Shown piece after piece: positions 1 to 12,866 of a DNA stretch of 64,000 nucleotides (positions are counted from its first letter, which is position 1; each line of letters starts with the position of its first letter). A program made the translations under genes and the position numbers. The notes under the pieces were generated by a model, which was given only the letters and a program-made list of their open reading frames with translations, did no database searches and was not told the DNA's origin. This DNA comes from Octopus vulgaris. Its lineage: Eukaryota. The DNA is taken from the NCBI GenBank assembly GCA_951406725.2, contig OX597839.1, positions 15,748,001-15,812,000 on the forward strand, read 5' to 3'.

Positions 1-2469
1 ATGACACGATGTGAACGAGGACAGGCGAGGTCCCTCCTGAACCTCATCAACACCCTGTACATGGAGCAAGTAATACTCCAACCAACCAGGGCAGGTAACA
101 CACTGGATCTCTGCTTCACAAATGACATGGATCTCATCGATAATGTGAAAGTGACACCGACACTACTCTCGGATCACAACATGATAGAGCTGACCATGTA
201 CGGGCCAAAAGAGAGCACGGACATGCAGCCTACAAGAAACTCTCAGAATCTTTCCAGCTCGAACTTCAATAAGGCAAACTAGAAACAAATTGAGAAAGAG
301 ATCCTCAAACAAAACTGGCCTGAATGTCTCTCCTCGCCAGACATCGACATGAAACTTCAACAATTCATGTCTGTAATGCAAGCCATATGCTACAAATGTG
401 TCCCAGAGAGAAAGGCCACTGTACACAAGAACAAAATCCCCAGAGAGAGGAAAATTTTAATGAGATGGCGTACGAAATTTTCAAATCGCCTAAACAAACA
501 GATTGAAAGCAGTGAAAAGTCCCGCCTAAAAATAAAACTGTTGGAAATCGAAAAATGTCTGCAACTCTCCCATGAAAAAGAAAGAGCAGACAAAGAAGCC
601 TGGGCTATAGACAACATAAAATCTTAACTGCAGAGCTTTCTACAGGTATGCCAAAGAAACAGCTACGGTGCACTGTAGAATAGGGCCACTCCTTGAAAGG
701 GATGGCACACTCACAGGAAATCCAATGAGGGTAAGTGAAATACTAAATGAGCAATTCAAGAGTGTTTTCACCCCACCCCTTGGGCATTTCCAAATCAGCA
801 ATCCAACTAACTTCTTCACCACTGCAGATATGGGGTCAGAGGCAGCGATGATTGATTACATCAATGTAAGACGATGTAATAAAGGCTATAGATGAGATGA
901 AAACAAACTCAGCTACTGGCCCCGATGGATTCCCAGCAATCCTTCTAAAAGTATGTAAGCGAGTCCTAGCAAAACCACTGCAGTCTCTCTTTCAGAGCTT
1001 CCTTGCAACTGGCAAACTTCCAAGAAAACTGAAGGAAGGTAAAATATTCCCTATTCATAAAGGAGGTAGCAGAGCAGAGGCCAAGAACTACAGACCTATC
1101 TCTCTGACCTCACACATCAGCAAGGTCATGGAACGAATAGTCAGAAGGAAACTAATCACCTTCCTTGAAGAAAATGACTTGCTGCCTAACACCCAACATG
1201 GTTTCCGACCAGGAAGAAGCTGCTTAACTCAGCTCCTACAACACTATGACTGGGTGCTGAAATGACTGCTCAACCACTCAAATGTGGAAGTGATATATCT
1301 CGACTTTGCAAAGGCCTTTGATAAAGTCGATCATGGAATGATATGTCACAAACTGCGTGATCTTGGCATAGTTGGAAAATTGGGAGAATGACTTCATGAC
1401 TTTCTGAAGGATAGAAGTCAGGTGGTAGTAGCCAATGGGGCCACTTCCATTAACATGCAAATAGTGAGCGGTGTTCCAGGGGCACTGTTTTGGGACCACT
1501 ACTGTTCATAATGGCCCACTCAGACATGCCCTCAGCCATGCAGAGAGCCACGATCACAAGTTATGCAGATGATACAAAAGTTTCACAGGCAATATAGAAC
1601 CCTGAAGACACTAAGCACCTGCAATGTGAGCAGGACAAAATATACAAGTGGGCTGAAAAGAATAGCATGCAGTTCAATGCTGAAAAGTTTCAAGCTTTAT
1701 GCTATCAGCATGCAAAACTGAATACAATACCCAATGAATACACTGGACCCGGAGGGATTGCAATCCCAGAGGCACAATCAGTGCGTGACCTGGGTATTCA
1801 CATGAGTGATGACGCAACCATTCATGTACATGTTGCTAAACTGGCAATGAAATGTAGACGGCTGGCCGGATGGATTCTTAAAACCTTTAGAACAAGAGAA
1901 CAAGAAACCATGATGGTCCTCTGGAGGACACTTGTCCTAAGCCACTTTGACTATTGCTCTCAGCTATGGTCACCATCCAGTGTCAAGTCGATCACAGAAC
2001 TTGAGGTGATCCAACGAAGCTACACGAAGAAGATAGCCTCTGTGCAGCATATAAGCTACTGGGAAAGACTCAAGAGATTAAAACTCTATTCCTTGGAGCG
2101 TAGGCGAGAAAGATATGCCATAATATATATCTGGAAGATCCTGGAAGGACTTGTCCCAAACTTTGGCATCGAGAGTCACACAAATGCCAGAACCAGGCGC
2201 CGCTGCGTGGTACCAAGGACTCCAAATTTGCCATCAAGATGTAGGACAAGATACTATGATAGCCTGGGCTTCAGAGGCCCACAGCTCTTCAATATCCTCC
2301 CGAAGAACCTGAGGGACCTGCATGGTGTAGATGCGGATGTCTTTAAAGTAGGACTGGATCTCTTCCTGTCAGGTGTCCCGGATGAACCAACTTCACGGCA
2401 GGAGGTGCAGATGACGGCAGCTGCATCGAACTCTCTCATGTACCAAATGGCAGTTGCTAAAAAGCACCA
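1..2469 (+). mobile_element. CR1-clade LINE, decayed ORF2 (endonuclease C-terminus + reverse transcriptase); begins upstream of the window
   Basis: Split ORFs carry PTRAGNTLDLCF/SDHNMI (APE end), [49 protein letters not shown] (~1294-1333), YADD (~1562-1573) and LYSLERRRERY. Stops at ~280, 625, 1263 and 1389 plus frameshifts. Confidence 0.93.
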
Positions 2470-2826
2470 TCCATTCGTGTCCGTTGCCAGCCTCGGCTGG
2501 CCCCCGTGTCGGTGACACGTAAAAGCACCGTCCGTTCGTGGCCGTTTGCCAGCTCTGTCTGGCCCCGTGTCGGTGGCACGTAAAAGCACCATCCGTTCGT
2601 GTTCGTTGCCAGCCTCGGCTGGCCCCCATGCCGGTGATACGTAAAAGCACCGTCCGCTCGTGGCCGTTTGCCAGCTCTGTCTGGCCCCGTGTTGGTGGCA
2701 CGTAAAAGCACCATCCGTTCGTGTCCGTTGCCAGCATCGCCTGGCCCCGTGCCGGTGACACATAAAAGCACCATCCGTTCGTGGCCGTTTGCCAGCTCTG
2801 TCTGGCACCTGTGCAGGTGGCACGTA
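2460..2826 (+). repeat. Six ~61-bp tandem units (alternating A/B) leading into an RTE-type 3' tail
   Basis: AAAAGCACC recurs at 2460, 2521, 2582, 2643, 2704 and 2764. Each unit has a GCCAG..CTGGC hairpin. Confidence 0.9.
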
Positions 2827-2994
2827 AAAAACACCCACTACACTCGCGGAGTGGTTGGCGTTAGGAAGGGCATCCAGCCGTAGAAACACTGCCAGATCTG
2901 ACTGGGCCTGACGAAGCCTTCCAGCTTCACAGACCCCAGTTGACCCGTCCAACCCATGCTAGCATGGAAAGCGGACGCTAAATGATGATGATGA
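2827..2994 (+). mobile_element. RTE-type retroposon 3' tail
   Basis: GGCGTTAGGAAGGGCATCCAGCCGTAGAAAC, then stem-loop CCATGCTAGCATGG and a (GAT)n end. The same tail follows RTE ORF-end codons at 45065-45745. Confidence 0.8.
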
Positions 2995-2996
2995 CA

Positions 2997-4056
<1,060 letters not shown>

Positions 4057-4226
4057 TTCCCCCTCCTAATATTCCACTGTCTTTGACTATACTACTCTTC
4101 TGTCTTTAAAAACATCTTTCTTCACCTGTTTTCCTTCTGATCTTTCAAAATGTAACCTCATGTGTACCATTCACAGTATATTTGTTCCACGTCCTCACAT
4201 TGTTGTGTTTTCTTGTTTGGATTAAC

Positions 4227-4293
<67 letters not shown>

Positions 4294-4486
4294 GTTTATA
4301 TATATATGTATATATATATATATATGTGTATATATATATATATGTGTATATATATATGTGTATATATATATGTGTATATATATATATGTGTGTATATATA
4401 TATATGTGTGTATATATATATATATGTGTGTGTGTATATATATGTGTATATATATGTGTATACATATATATGTATACATACATACA

Positions 4487-4772
4487 GGAGGCGCAATGGC
4501 CCAGTGGCTAGGGCAGCGGACTCACGGTCGTAGGATCGCGGTTTTGAGAGTGTTTATTGAGCAAAAACACCTAAAAGCTACATGAGGCTCCGGCAGGGGG
4601 TGGTGATCCCTGCTGTACTGTTTCACCACACTTTCTCTCACTCTTTCTTCTGTTGGCCTGGTCGCTTAGCCAGCGGGGTGGCGTCATTCGAAGGCTAAAA
4701 CAATACGAACACATTGTGACCAGCGATGTGTAACAACATCTGATGGTCTGGTCAGTCACATGATCACGTGAC
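4487..4772 (+). mobile_element. tRNA-derived SINE (family C) with apparent deletion across the B-box, flanked by TA-rich microsatellite
   Basis: Head GGAGGCGCAATGGCCCAGTGGCTAGGGCAGCGGACTC (A-box). The 3' part is shared with the minus-strand copy at ~10195-10432. Confidence 0.7.
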
Positions 4773-4889
4773 ATATATATGTATATACATATATGTACGT
4801 ATATATGTATATATACATATATGTACGTATATATGTATATATACATATATGTATGTATACATATATGTATGTATATTATATATATAAAA

Positions 4890-7524
4890 ATAATAATAAT
4901 AATAATAATTGTGTACAGTGCTCAGGTGCACTACAACTCATCTAAAGTGTATATATAATCAGGTGTAGTTTCGACGGATTTCGGGAAGCATGAGGGCCTT
5001 AAAGGATGCAGTGTCATGGCAGTCAACAACTGATGCAGGCAGTTTATTCCACGCTTCAGCAACCCTGAGCGTGAAAAAATGTTTCCAAAAGTCATGGGAG
5101 CTGTGCTGTTTTCTGACTTTGTAGGCATGTCCACGTGTGTTAGACACATGGAGATCAAAAAGGTGTTCAGTGTTGTTGTTGGTGAGGTGGTTGATAACCT
5201 TGTGGGTGTTTACCAAGTCCGTCGCCAGACGCCGGAGCTTCAGTGAATCCATGCCCAGGGAAACAAGGCGCTCAGAATATGGTAGGTGTCTGATGGAGGG
5301 TATGCGTTTGGTTGCACGTCTCTGGACAGATTCCAGGAAGTCAATGTTCTGAGCAAGATAGGGATTCCAAACTGATGATGCGAATTCCAAGTGTGGTCGT
5401 ACCATAGCTGTATACAGTTTTAAATAGATGGCTGGAGAGCGGCTAACAAAAGTCTTGCTGAGTGATGCCAAGACACCCTCGGCCTTCTTGACAATTTTAG
5501 AGATATGCTTTGTCCAACGCAAATCACTGCTGACAGTGATGCCTAGGTCACGCTCGCAAGAGGATTTCTTGATATCAGTGTTGTGAAGGGAGTATGTGGA
5601 CGCAGGGTTTTTTCTCCCAAAATGCATGGTGGTACACTTGTCCACAGCCAGTTTCAGTTGCCAGTCTGTGATCCATTGCTGCATTGTGTCTAGGTCTGAT
5701 TGCAGGAAAGAGTTGTAGACATCAGGATCAGTCCTCTTGATTTCAAGGTACAGCTTGATGTCGTCTGCATATTTCAATACAGTGGCATTCTTTAAATTGG
5801 CATCTATGTCATTAATGTATGCCACAAACAGGAGGGGACCAAGGACAGATCCCTGTGGTACACCCGATGACATCTCATATGGTGTAGAGTGCTGTCCTAG
5901 AACTGTGACTACCTCCTTTCGGCTGAGGATGAAAGATTTCAACCAGTTAAAAAGGTCATCCCCCACACCCATTGCAGAGAGTTTCACCATAAGCCTTTTG
6001 TGTGGCACAGAGTTGAAAGCCTTAGCAAAGTCAAGGTAGACAACATCCACCCATGAGCCACTGTCAGTGATCTGAGTAATGTCCTCAAGGAACTCGACAA
6101 GCTGGTCACTGCAGCTGGAGTTAGGGACAAATCCATATTGTGAGGGTCGGATGAGACTGTGAGAGCTCCAGAAGTTCCAGAGTGTTTCTCTGACACACGA
6201 TTCCATCAGTTTTGCAATACAGCTAGTGAGACTGACTGGGTGATAGTTGACAGGTGATGTGCGGTCACCCTTTTTGAACAGAGGAATGACACTGGCAGTT
6301 TTCCACTGCTCCGGAGTAGCACCATTGTTGAGACAGTACTGGAAGAAAATAGAAAGCTGGTGTAAAAGGAAGTGCCTGCCACGTTTGAGAAGCAGGTATG
6401 TAACTCCATCGAGACCAGGGGAGGCATAGTTGCGCTTATTTTGAAGGTGACGTCGCAGCATTGCAGGTGTAAATTCCATAGTTGTTATGGAGTTTGCTGT
6501 TAGTGATGGTGAAGATGGTACATTTTGACTTTCGACAGTGAATATGTTTGCATAGCACTCGGCAATGAGTTCCGCGCATTCCTTGGGGTCGTCAGTGATC
6601 TGGTTCGTGTGAGGGTTGCGAAGAGGGCCCACTGGAGAGTGAGGTCTCTGCTTTGAATGCACATATTTCCAGAAAACCTTGCTGTCAGGATTGGCTGCTA
6701 TGCACTGTTCAAATTCAAGCACTGCATTTTTTGTCACTTGCTTGAGATGGTTGGAGTATTTATTCCGCTTCTTCCTGTTGGTGTCTGATTTATGCAACTT
6801 GTATTCCTGTTCAGCAGTCCGACGTTCCTTCCTGGCAAGTCGGACCGCTGAAGTTTCCCAAATTGCCCTTTTGGGGCGGTTCTTCTTTTTTTGTTTACGT
6901 GGCACTGATGCTGCACATGCTGCCCATATTGAGTCCAGGATACTCTGGAGTATAGTATTCACATCTCCAGAGTTGTAGAATTCACGCCAGTTTGGGTGCT
7001 GTAGTTCAGTGTGGTACAGGTTCCAATCTGCTCTCTTCCAATCGAAGGAAGCAGATTGGAGATGGTTCAGGTGTTTGTTGCCCGCAAGAGCCAGATTGGC
7101 GATGATCATAGCATGATCAGAGTCACCTAGAGGTTCCTCCGTAGTGCAATTGATAACCGCTTCAGGAGTTGTGGTGAAGAACAGGTCCAAGGTGTTGTCG
7201 CCTCTTGTTGGAGAGGTGACTACTTGTGACCAGTTTGAGTCCAGCACAAGCTCAACAAAATCGTTTGCACTCTGTGGCCAACGGAAGGTTTCCCAATCGA
7301 TCTCAGGATGATTGAAATCGCCTGCAATAAACACATAAGTGGCTGTTTTCCTGGCTGCAGCTCGGAGGATGTTGCAAAGCTGTGTGTCCTGATGGTAATT
7401 TGGGGGACGATAAACAACGCCAAGCAGGAGTGTTGACATGGTCATACGTACGTCACAGAAAAAAACTTCTTCTTGTGATTCGTTCAAATCGGCACAAGGA
7501 ATTACCAAAAAATTTGAACGAACG
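4890..7524 (-). mobile_element. CR1-clade LINE, 5'-truncated, young, short 3' UTR with (ATT)n tail
   Basis: Uninterrupted ORF2, then ~55-nt UTR with a GTGC..GCAC stem-loop and (ATT)n at 4890-4910. TA-rich microsatellite on both flanks. Confidence 0.95.
4959..7523 (-). CDS. LINE ORF2, partial APE endonuclease + reverse transcriptase (N-terminus missing, no true start codon)
   Basis: [71 protein letters not shown] and AWNKLP in one open frame of ~850 codons. Confidence 0.9.
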   Translation of the reverse strand, partial: VRSNFLVIPCADLNESQEEVFFCDVRMTMSTLLLGVVYRPPNYHQDTQLCNILRAAARKTATYVFIAGDFNHPEIDWETFRWPQSANDFVELVLDSNWSQVVTSPTRGDNTLDLFFTTTPEAVINCTTEEPLGDSDHAMIIANLALAGNKHLNHLQSASFDWKRADWNLYHTELQHPNWREFYNSGDVNTILQSILDSIWAACAASVPRKQKKKNRPKRAIWETSAVRLARKERRTAEQEYKLHKSDTNRKKRNKYSNHLKQVTKNAVLEFEQCIAANPDSKVFWKYVHSKQRPHSPVGPLRNPHTNQITDDPKECAELIAECYANIFTVESQNVPSSPSLTANSITTMEFTPAMLRRHLQNKRNYASPGLDGVTYLLLKRGRHFLLHQLSIFFQYCLNNGATPEQWKTASVIPLFKKGDRTSPVNYHPVSLTSCIAKLMESCVRETLWNFWSSHSLIRPSQYGFVPNSSCSDQLVEFLEDITQITDSGSWVDVVYLDFAKAFNSVPHKRLMVKLSAMGVGDDLFNWLKSFILSRKEVVTVLGQHSTPYEMSSGVPQGSVLGPLLFVAYINDIDANLKNATVLKYADDIKLYLEIKRTDPDVYNSFLQSDLDTMQQWITDWQLKLAVDKCTTMHFGRKNPASTYSLHNTDIKKSSCERDLGITVSSDLRWTKHISKIVKKAEGVLASLSKTFVSRSPAIYLKLYTAMVRPHLEFASSVWNPYLAQNIDFLESVQRRATKRIPSIRHLPYSERLVSLGMDSLKLRRLATDLVNTHKVINHLTNNNTEHLFDLHVSNTRGHAYKVRKQHSSHDFWKHFFTLRVAEAWNKLPASVVDCHDTASFKALMLPEIRRNYT

Positions 7525-7536
7525 TATGTATGTATG

Positions 7537-7567
<31 letters not shown>

Positions 7568-7755
7568 ATATATGTATGTATGTATATATATGTATGTATA
7601 TATGTATATGTATGTATATATATATATGTATATATATGTATATATGTATATATATGTATATGTATATGTATATATGTATATGTATATATATATATAGAGA
7701 GAGAGAGAGAGCGAGTGTGTGTGTGTGTGTGTGTGAGTGAGAGTGTGCTTGCGCA

Positions 7756-8048
7756 ACTTGTTTGGTCATCTGGCTATAGCCATGCTGTAGAACAATCCTC
7801 ATACTTCTTTTTCAAGTCCGGTATTTATTCCATCAGTCGCTTTTGCCAAACAACTAAGTTATGGTGGTGTAAACAAACCAACACCAGCCATCTAACACTC
7901 AAGGGGGTGCTAACACACACACACACATGTACAATGGGCTTCCACACAGTTTTTGTCTTTCACTCACAAATCATTAGTTAGTCTGAGGCTGTAGTAGAAA
8001 CTACCTGCCCATGGTGCTGCACAGTGGGACTGAACTGTAAACCACATA
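7756..8048 (-). mobile_element. SINE family A, decayed
   Basis: Matches the reverse complement of the family-A copy at 46607-47019. Confidence 0.7.
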
Positions 8049-8057
8049 ATTGCAGAG

Positions 8058-8385
8058 GATGCTGTGTTCTTCTCTGGATGCACAATGCAAGTGTGCATGA
8101 ACAACAGTGCAAATGTGCTGAGAGAAAAACTAGGCATGAGAGAGGAATTAGATGTTGTGTGCAAGAAAGACTGCACTGGTATGAACATGTGCAAGTGGAT
8201 GATGAGGACAGCTGTATAACAATAAAGTTACCAATCAATGTGGATGGGAACTTGCAGGAAAAAGAAACCCAGAAAGACATGGGGTGAAATGGTGAAGATT
8301 GACCTCACATCCTTGAGCCTCAGAGGAGATGACAAGGGACCAGGAGGACGGGTGATTTGCAGTTCTTGAAAAGACTTGTCCAACT
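8058..8385 (+). mobile_element. RTE-clade LINE ORF2 C-terminal fragment, decayed
   Basis: Frameshifted LLWMHNASVHEQ..LREKLG..GIRCCVQERLHWYEHV..PRKTWGEMVK, resembling the RTE 'RLRWFGHV...GRPRKTW' region. Confidence 0.75.
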
Positions 8386-9534
8386 CAGAGAAACTAAGTT
8401 CTGATAGGGTTGCACAACTGGGCCCTGGGCCCTTTGCCCATTTACCTCCCGCAAGACACCCCCATCACCCTCCATCTTTAACTGTAGATTTTCTTTCATA
8501 CCACTAATCTTTCTCACTACTTGAAACCATTTCACTTGATAGCCATCCCTCGTCCTTAACACATTAACCACCATCAGCTGTAGCTGAAACTTACCAATGA
8601 TGTCACATATTTCATGCAGTCACACTGCACACTTTAATTACAAGGAAATCTCTTCATTTTTTTTTTGCATTTCTACAATATTTCATAATTAGACTTTCAT
8701 ATATAGTACCCCATGTAAATTAAATATCCTTGGAACCATTTCAAAGACAGAGAATTAAATATTTTCTCAAATTATGAAAATGTACCACCAGTGGTGCATA
8801 AGGCACTTGTGTGAAGTTTGCAAGGAACTACCTGTGGTGCATGTGGCAATTAATGCATTAAATACTGTCCTCCACCCACATTTTACATTCTCCTCCATCA
8901 CATCATCTCACCTACCATGAATCTCTCACTCTTCTCCCATGCCAGCTTCTCTACTTCTCTCTCTCTCTCACAACCTACCGGCCATTTCTCTCTCATAACG
9001 GACCAGACCAACCACTTATCTATCTCTCTCTCTCTCTCTCTCCCACTCTCTCTACTATATCATTACTATTCTGCTGCTTTCCACTGCCACCCCTTATCCA
9101 CCATTCACTAACTTCATTTTATCCCTTAACCCTCTGCAATTTCAACAGTTGTCACCTACTCTCCCCTACCTGCCCTACATATTATCCACCCAACACTTGT
9201 TCTTCTTTCATCATGTTCACCTCCTCACCCATTCCCTATCTCGCACTCTCCCATACACTTTTATAACTTCTACCTACCCACACTGCCCCCTCCCTTCAGC
9301 TTCTTTTGCCCCCATTCACTACTACTCACCTTATACATTGAGGATCCACACAAACACCTCATCACCTCTATTTTTATCTCTTCCCTGCTCCATTCTGATT
9401 GCCCCCCCCCCCCCACATGTCCTCTTCTAAAAGCCAAATAGCCCCTCCACAATAAGAAACCTGTTTTACTCTGACCCCTTCTCATACTTTAACCCCTCAT
9501 CCCCCAGCATAAAGCTGCTTCTCTTAGATTTTCT

Positions 9535-9742
9535 TATAAGTTGCATGGTGATCTCATGAGTGTTGGTAACACAAAACAAGTTGCACCTAGTACACAATGT
9601 AAAGTGGTTGGTGTTAGGAAGGGCTTCCAGCTGTCAAAACCATGCCAAAGAAGATAGAACACAGTACAGGCTTTGAACCCATCAGTTCCTGTTCAGCTAT
9701 TCAACCCATGTCTGCAAGGAACATGGACATTAAATGACAACA
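9535..9742 (+). mobile_element. RTE-type 3' tail, decayed
   Basis: GTGGTTGGTGTTAGGAAGGGCTTCCAGCTG...CAACCCATG...GGACATTAAATGA. Confidence 0.75.
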
Positions 9743-9743
9743 A

Positions 9744-10585
9744 TTTTGATTAGGAGAGGAATTTGGAGGAAGATTTTATACAAAAATATCTTAATTTCTT
9801 ACATTAGGATAATTTGTTTGATTTGGTAATCATATAATATACATACGTAGATATAGTTGGCAAATCAAACAAATTATCATCTGTGTGTGACGACGACAAC
9901 GGTGTGTGTGTGTATGTGTGATGATAGCAATAATAGTATATAAAATGTTGGTTAGTTCCTCCAATTATGCTTTATGCCATAGAGAGTAAAAGAGATGCAG
10001 ACTGAGTAAGACATCAAGGATGGGTGCACAATTCTTCATGTTCATTGTTAAATAAGTTATCATCAATGTTTATACAGGTTTATAACTTTACCTGAGAATG
10101 GCAGATTTAGGTCATGAATGCCTCAATAAAATTCTACCAAAACGGCTGTAACAAATTCTAAACACCATTTCTGTTATATAACTGCATTGACAAGACTAGC
10201 AGATGTTATACCTCACTGGTCATGATGCACTTCCTCTTGTTTTAGCTTTCAAATGATGCCACTCCACTGGCTATGAGAGAAGGCCACCATTCTCCCTGAA
10301 CAGAATGCCAATCCATTACAGACTTACCCATTTCACAGCTGAGTTTTATGCTGACAATCACAACACACACCTGGTTAAGGAATGGAAACCCCAATCTTAC
10401 AACCACGAGTGCAACAACTTAACCACTAGGCCAAACACACACACACACACGATAATTTGTTTGATTTGGCAACTATATCTATGTATGTATATTATATGAT
10501 TACCAAATCAAACAAATTATCCAAATGTAAGAAATTAAGATATTTTTGTATAAAATCTTCCTCCAAATTCCTCTCCTAATCAAAA
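9744..10585. repeat. 135-bp inverted repeat (9744-9878 / 10451-10585), each arm with an internal hairpin
   Basis: Manual alignment gives 3 mismatches in 135 bp with a 572-bp spacer. Confidence 0.92.
10195..10432 (-). mobile_element. tRNA-derived SINE related to family C, decayed
   Basis: Minus strand GGCCTAGTGGTTAAG head; 3' part resembles 4670-4750. Confidence 0.6.
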
Positions 10586-12433
10586 CTTCTCCCATGAGGG
10601 AATTAGGTGTGTTCTGGATTTAGAAACACTGGCTTGTGATGGGATGGAATCCAGTCTCAGGTAACCTTACCAGATCATATCTGCTACCTTTGCTTGGAAA
10701 AGGTAGATTAAGAGAAGTATGCAGGTATGTTGTCAGTGTTGCTGTTGTAGTAGTGGTGGTGGTGGTGGTGGTGGTGGTGGTGGTTAAGAAAAAAGCCGAG
10801 AGAATGTACAAAAGATAGGAAGAAGCTGAAGGAGCAGACAGTATTGGAACTATATGCTTGTATGCTTACTGTAGACAATGTGCATGTCTACAGCCTTTGG
10901 GCAGCAGATATACAACACACCTCAGTTATGTGCTTCTGTGCACTTAATATAAACTGCAACCCAATCATGGGAAGACATCTCACCTGCTTAACCCCTTCCC
11001 CACCCAAAGCATTTTTGTGATTGTCCTTAAGATCCATGCTGCTTGTTCCCAGACTTTTAATTGCCCCCATTCCATATGTTCCTAGTGATATAAAGCTTTC
11101 CTTTCATTGGTCACAAGTTACTTTGATGGTTGAAAAAAAGAACTAGAATTATGTTATCATATACGGTGCATGGATGTCAGGGAAATATGTCATGTATATC
11201 ACGTGGTGCACAGGACAGCTGAACTTGTCAGTTAAACAATGACCCTTAAAACCTCTTTCTCTGACACATTTAATGGCATTTGTAAGTGTCAGCACCCTTA
11301 AGACATCCACATTTCTAAGCCAGCTACACTTCTTCAACCAATCCAAGCCTATACACTTGCTAAATCATCTAAACTTAATTACTCAATTCTACTGATTTAA
11401 TCAAAGAAGCAGAGGCAATGTCCACAGATTTTATGGCCTCTCCTAGACTGAAAAAGGTTGATGAAGATGCCAAAGAATAAACGATTGGTAAAAAATATTT
11501 AGAATGGATTTGGGCAAACTGACCAGAGCTGGGATGGAGAAAGTGTTTAGAGCCAGATTGGAGCAAAGCAATAAGAGTTGGCTGGGGCAAACCGTTTCAA
11601 GTTGGGTTAGGGAGAGTGGTTACAACTGAGAAGGGCAAAGTATTTCAAACAGATTTAGGTAACCATTTGGACAGTGCACTGAATAACCAGCTGGAGGAGA
11701 TGCCTTCCTAGGGTTAAAACAGCAGTATTGGTTCTTAGAGAACATTCACATGAGAGAAAGTGAGATGAATAGGTTTCAATGAAGGTGGTACACATTTTGT
11801 TAGCTCAAAGGACCAATGACTATTATAATAGACATGGAAGACAATGTGAACCTGTCATAGCTTAGTTGTCTTAGATACATGAAACCAATTCTAAACAGTA
11901 TCTTTAGTAGACCTGCATACTACCCCAATCCATATAGGTCTAATTCACATCTATCTACAGTCAAGCAAGTTTCCTTCACAAGTTTTGACAGTCTTGAGGT
12001 TATGTAAACCAGAACTTTATCCAAGGGCCCCTTAATAGCCAGATCCTTCCCAAGATGTACTTGTGCGTGAGTGCAAGAAGGAATGTATGTGTGAATGGAT
12101 GATGATAATTACTAATATTATTGTGGCAGAGACAGAGAAAGAGGACAAAATGTGGTGAGTAGAGGGCGGGGGTGGATTGGTGGGAGTAGATTAAGAACCA
12201 ATCTTTTGCACTCATTTCCCCCCCAAATTCCCCCACTCATCCCCTTCTCTCTCTCCCTCTACAACAACATTACACCCTCCTACTACACACAATCCTTCCC
12301 CCTTTTTCTTTTTTTACCAATTGTTCTCTCTACTCCAGCCCCCCCTCCCTTACCCCTTTCTCATCTACAGTCCAAAGAGATAAAAAAAAAACATTATGTG
12401 GCTTCATAGGTGTATATCTGTACATCTCTCTCC

Positions 12434-12468
<35 letters not shown>

Positions 12469-12828
12469 AATGAAACCAAGCTATGTTAGATCTACAGAAG
12501 TAATTTACACAGTGAACTTAATAAACTATCAGTGAATAGTCTCCCCCAACCAAGCCACAAAAAAAAGCCATTTCCTGTGCTCTAATGCCATCGCCATCAT
12601 CACAAATAATAATAATCAAGCAAAAGGATGATGATGATAATGATGATGATTAATAATAAGACTTGATCTAATTATGGCCCTATTTACAAAATACCTTCAC
12701 CTAATTTTTTGTCTCTTGCCATTGAACAGGCAGTTATGTATAGGAGCAATAAGATTGGAAGCAGTGGAAGGAAGAGTGAGAGAAAGGCATGGAGGGAGGG
12801 AGGAGGAATGCTAGCAATCCCATCCCCC

Positions 12829-12866
<38 letters not shown>

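Noticed and set aside
2254-2952. 232-aa minus-strand repetitive ORF
   Set aside because: Antisense reading of the LINE end and the 61-bp tandem array.
7524-7802. N-terminal ~95 aa of the 947-aa ORF
   Set aside because: Read-through of microsatellite and a SINE tail upstream of the LINE truncation point; not part of ORF2.
10830-12050. Possible ancient LINE-derived sequence (also 15540-15830)
   Set aside because: Coding-like composition but no motif I could assign; needs a translated HMM search.
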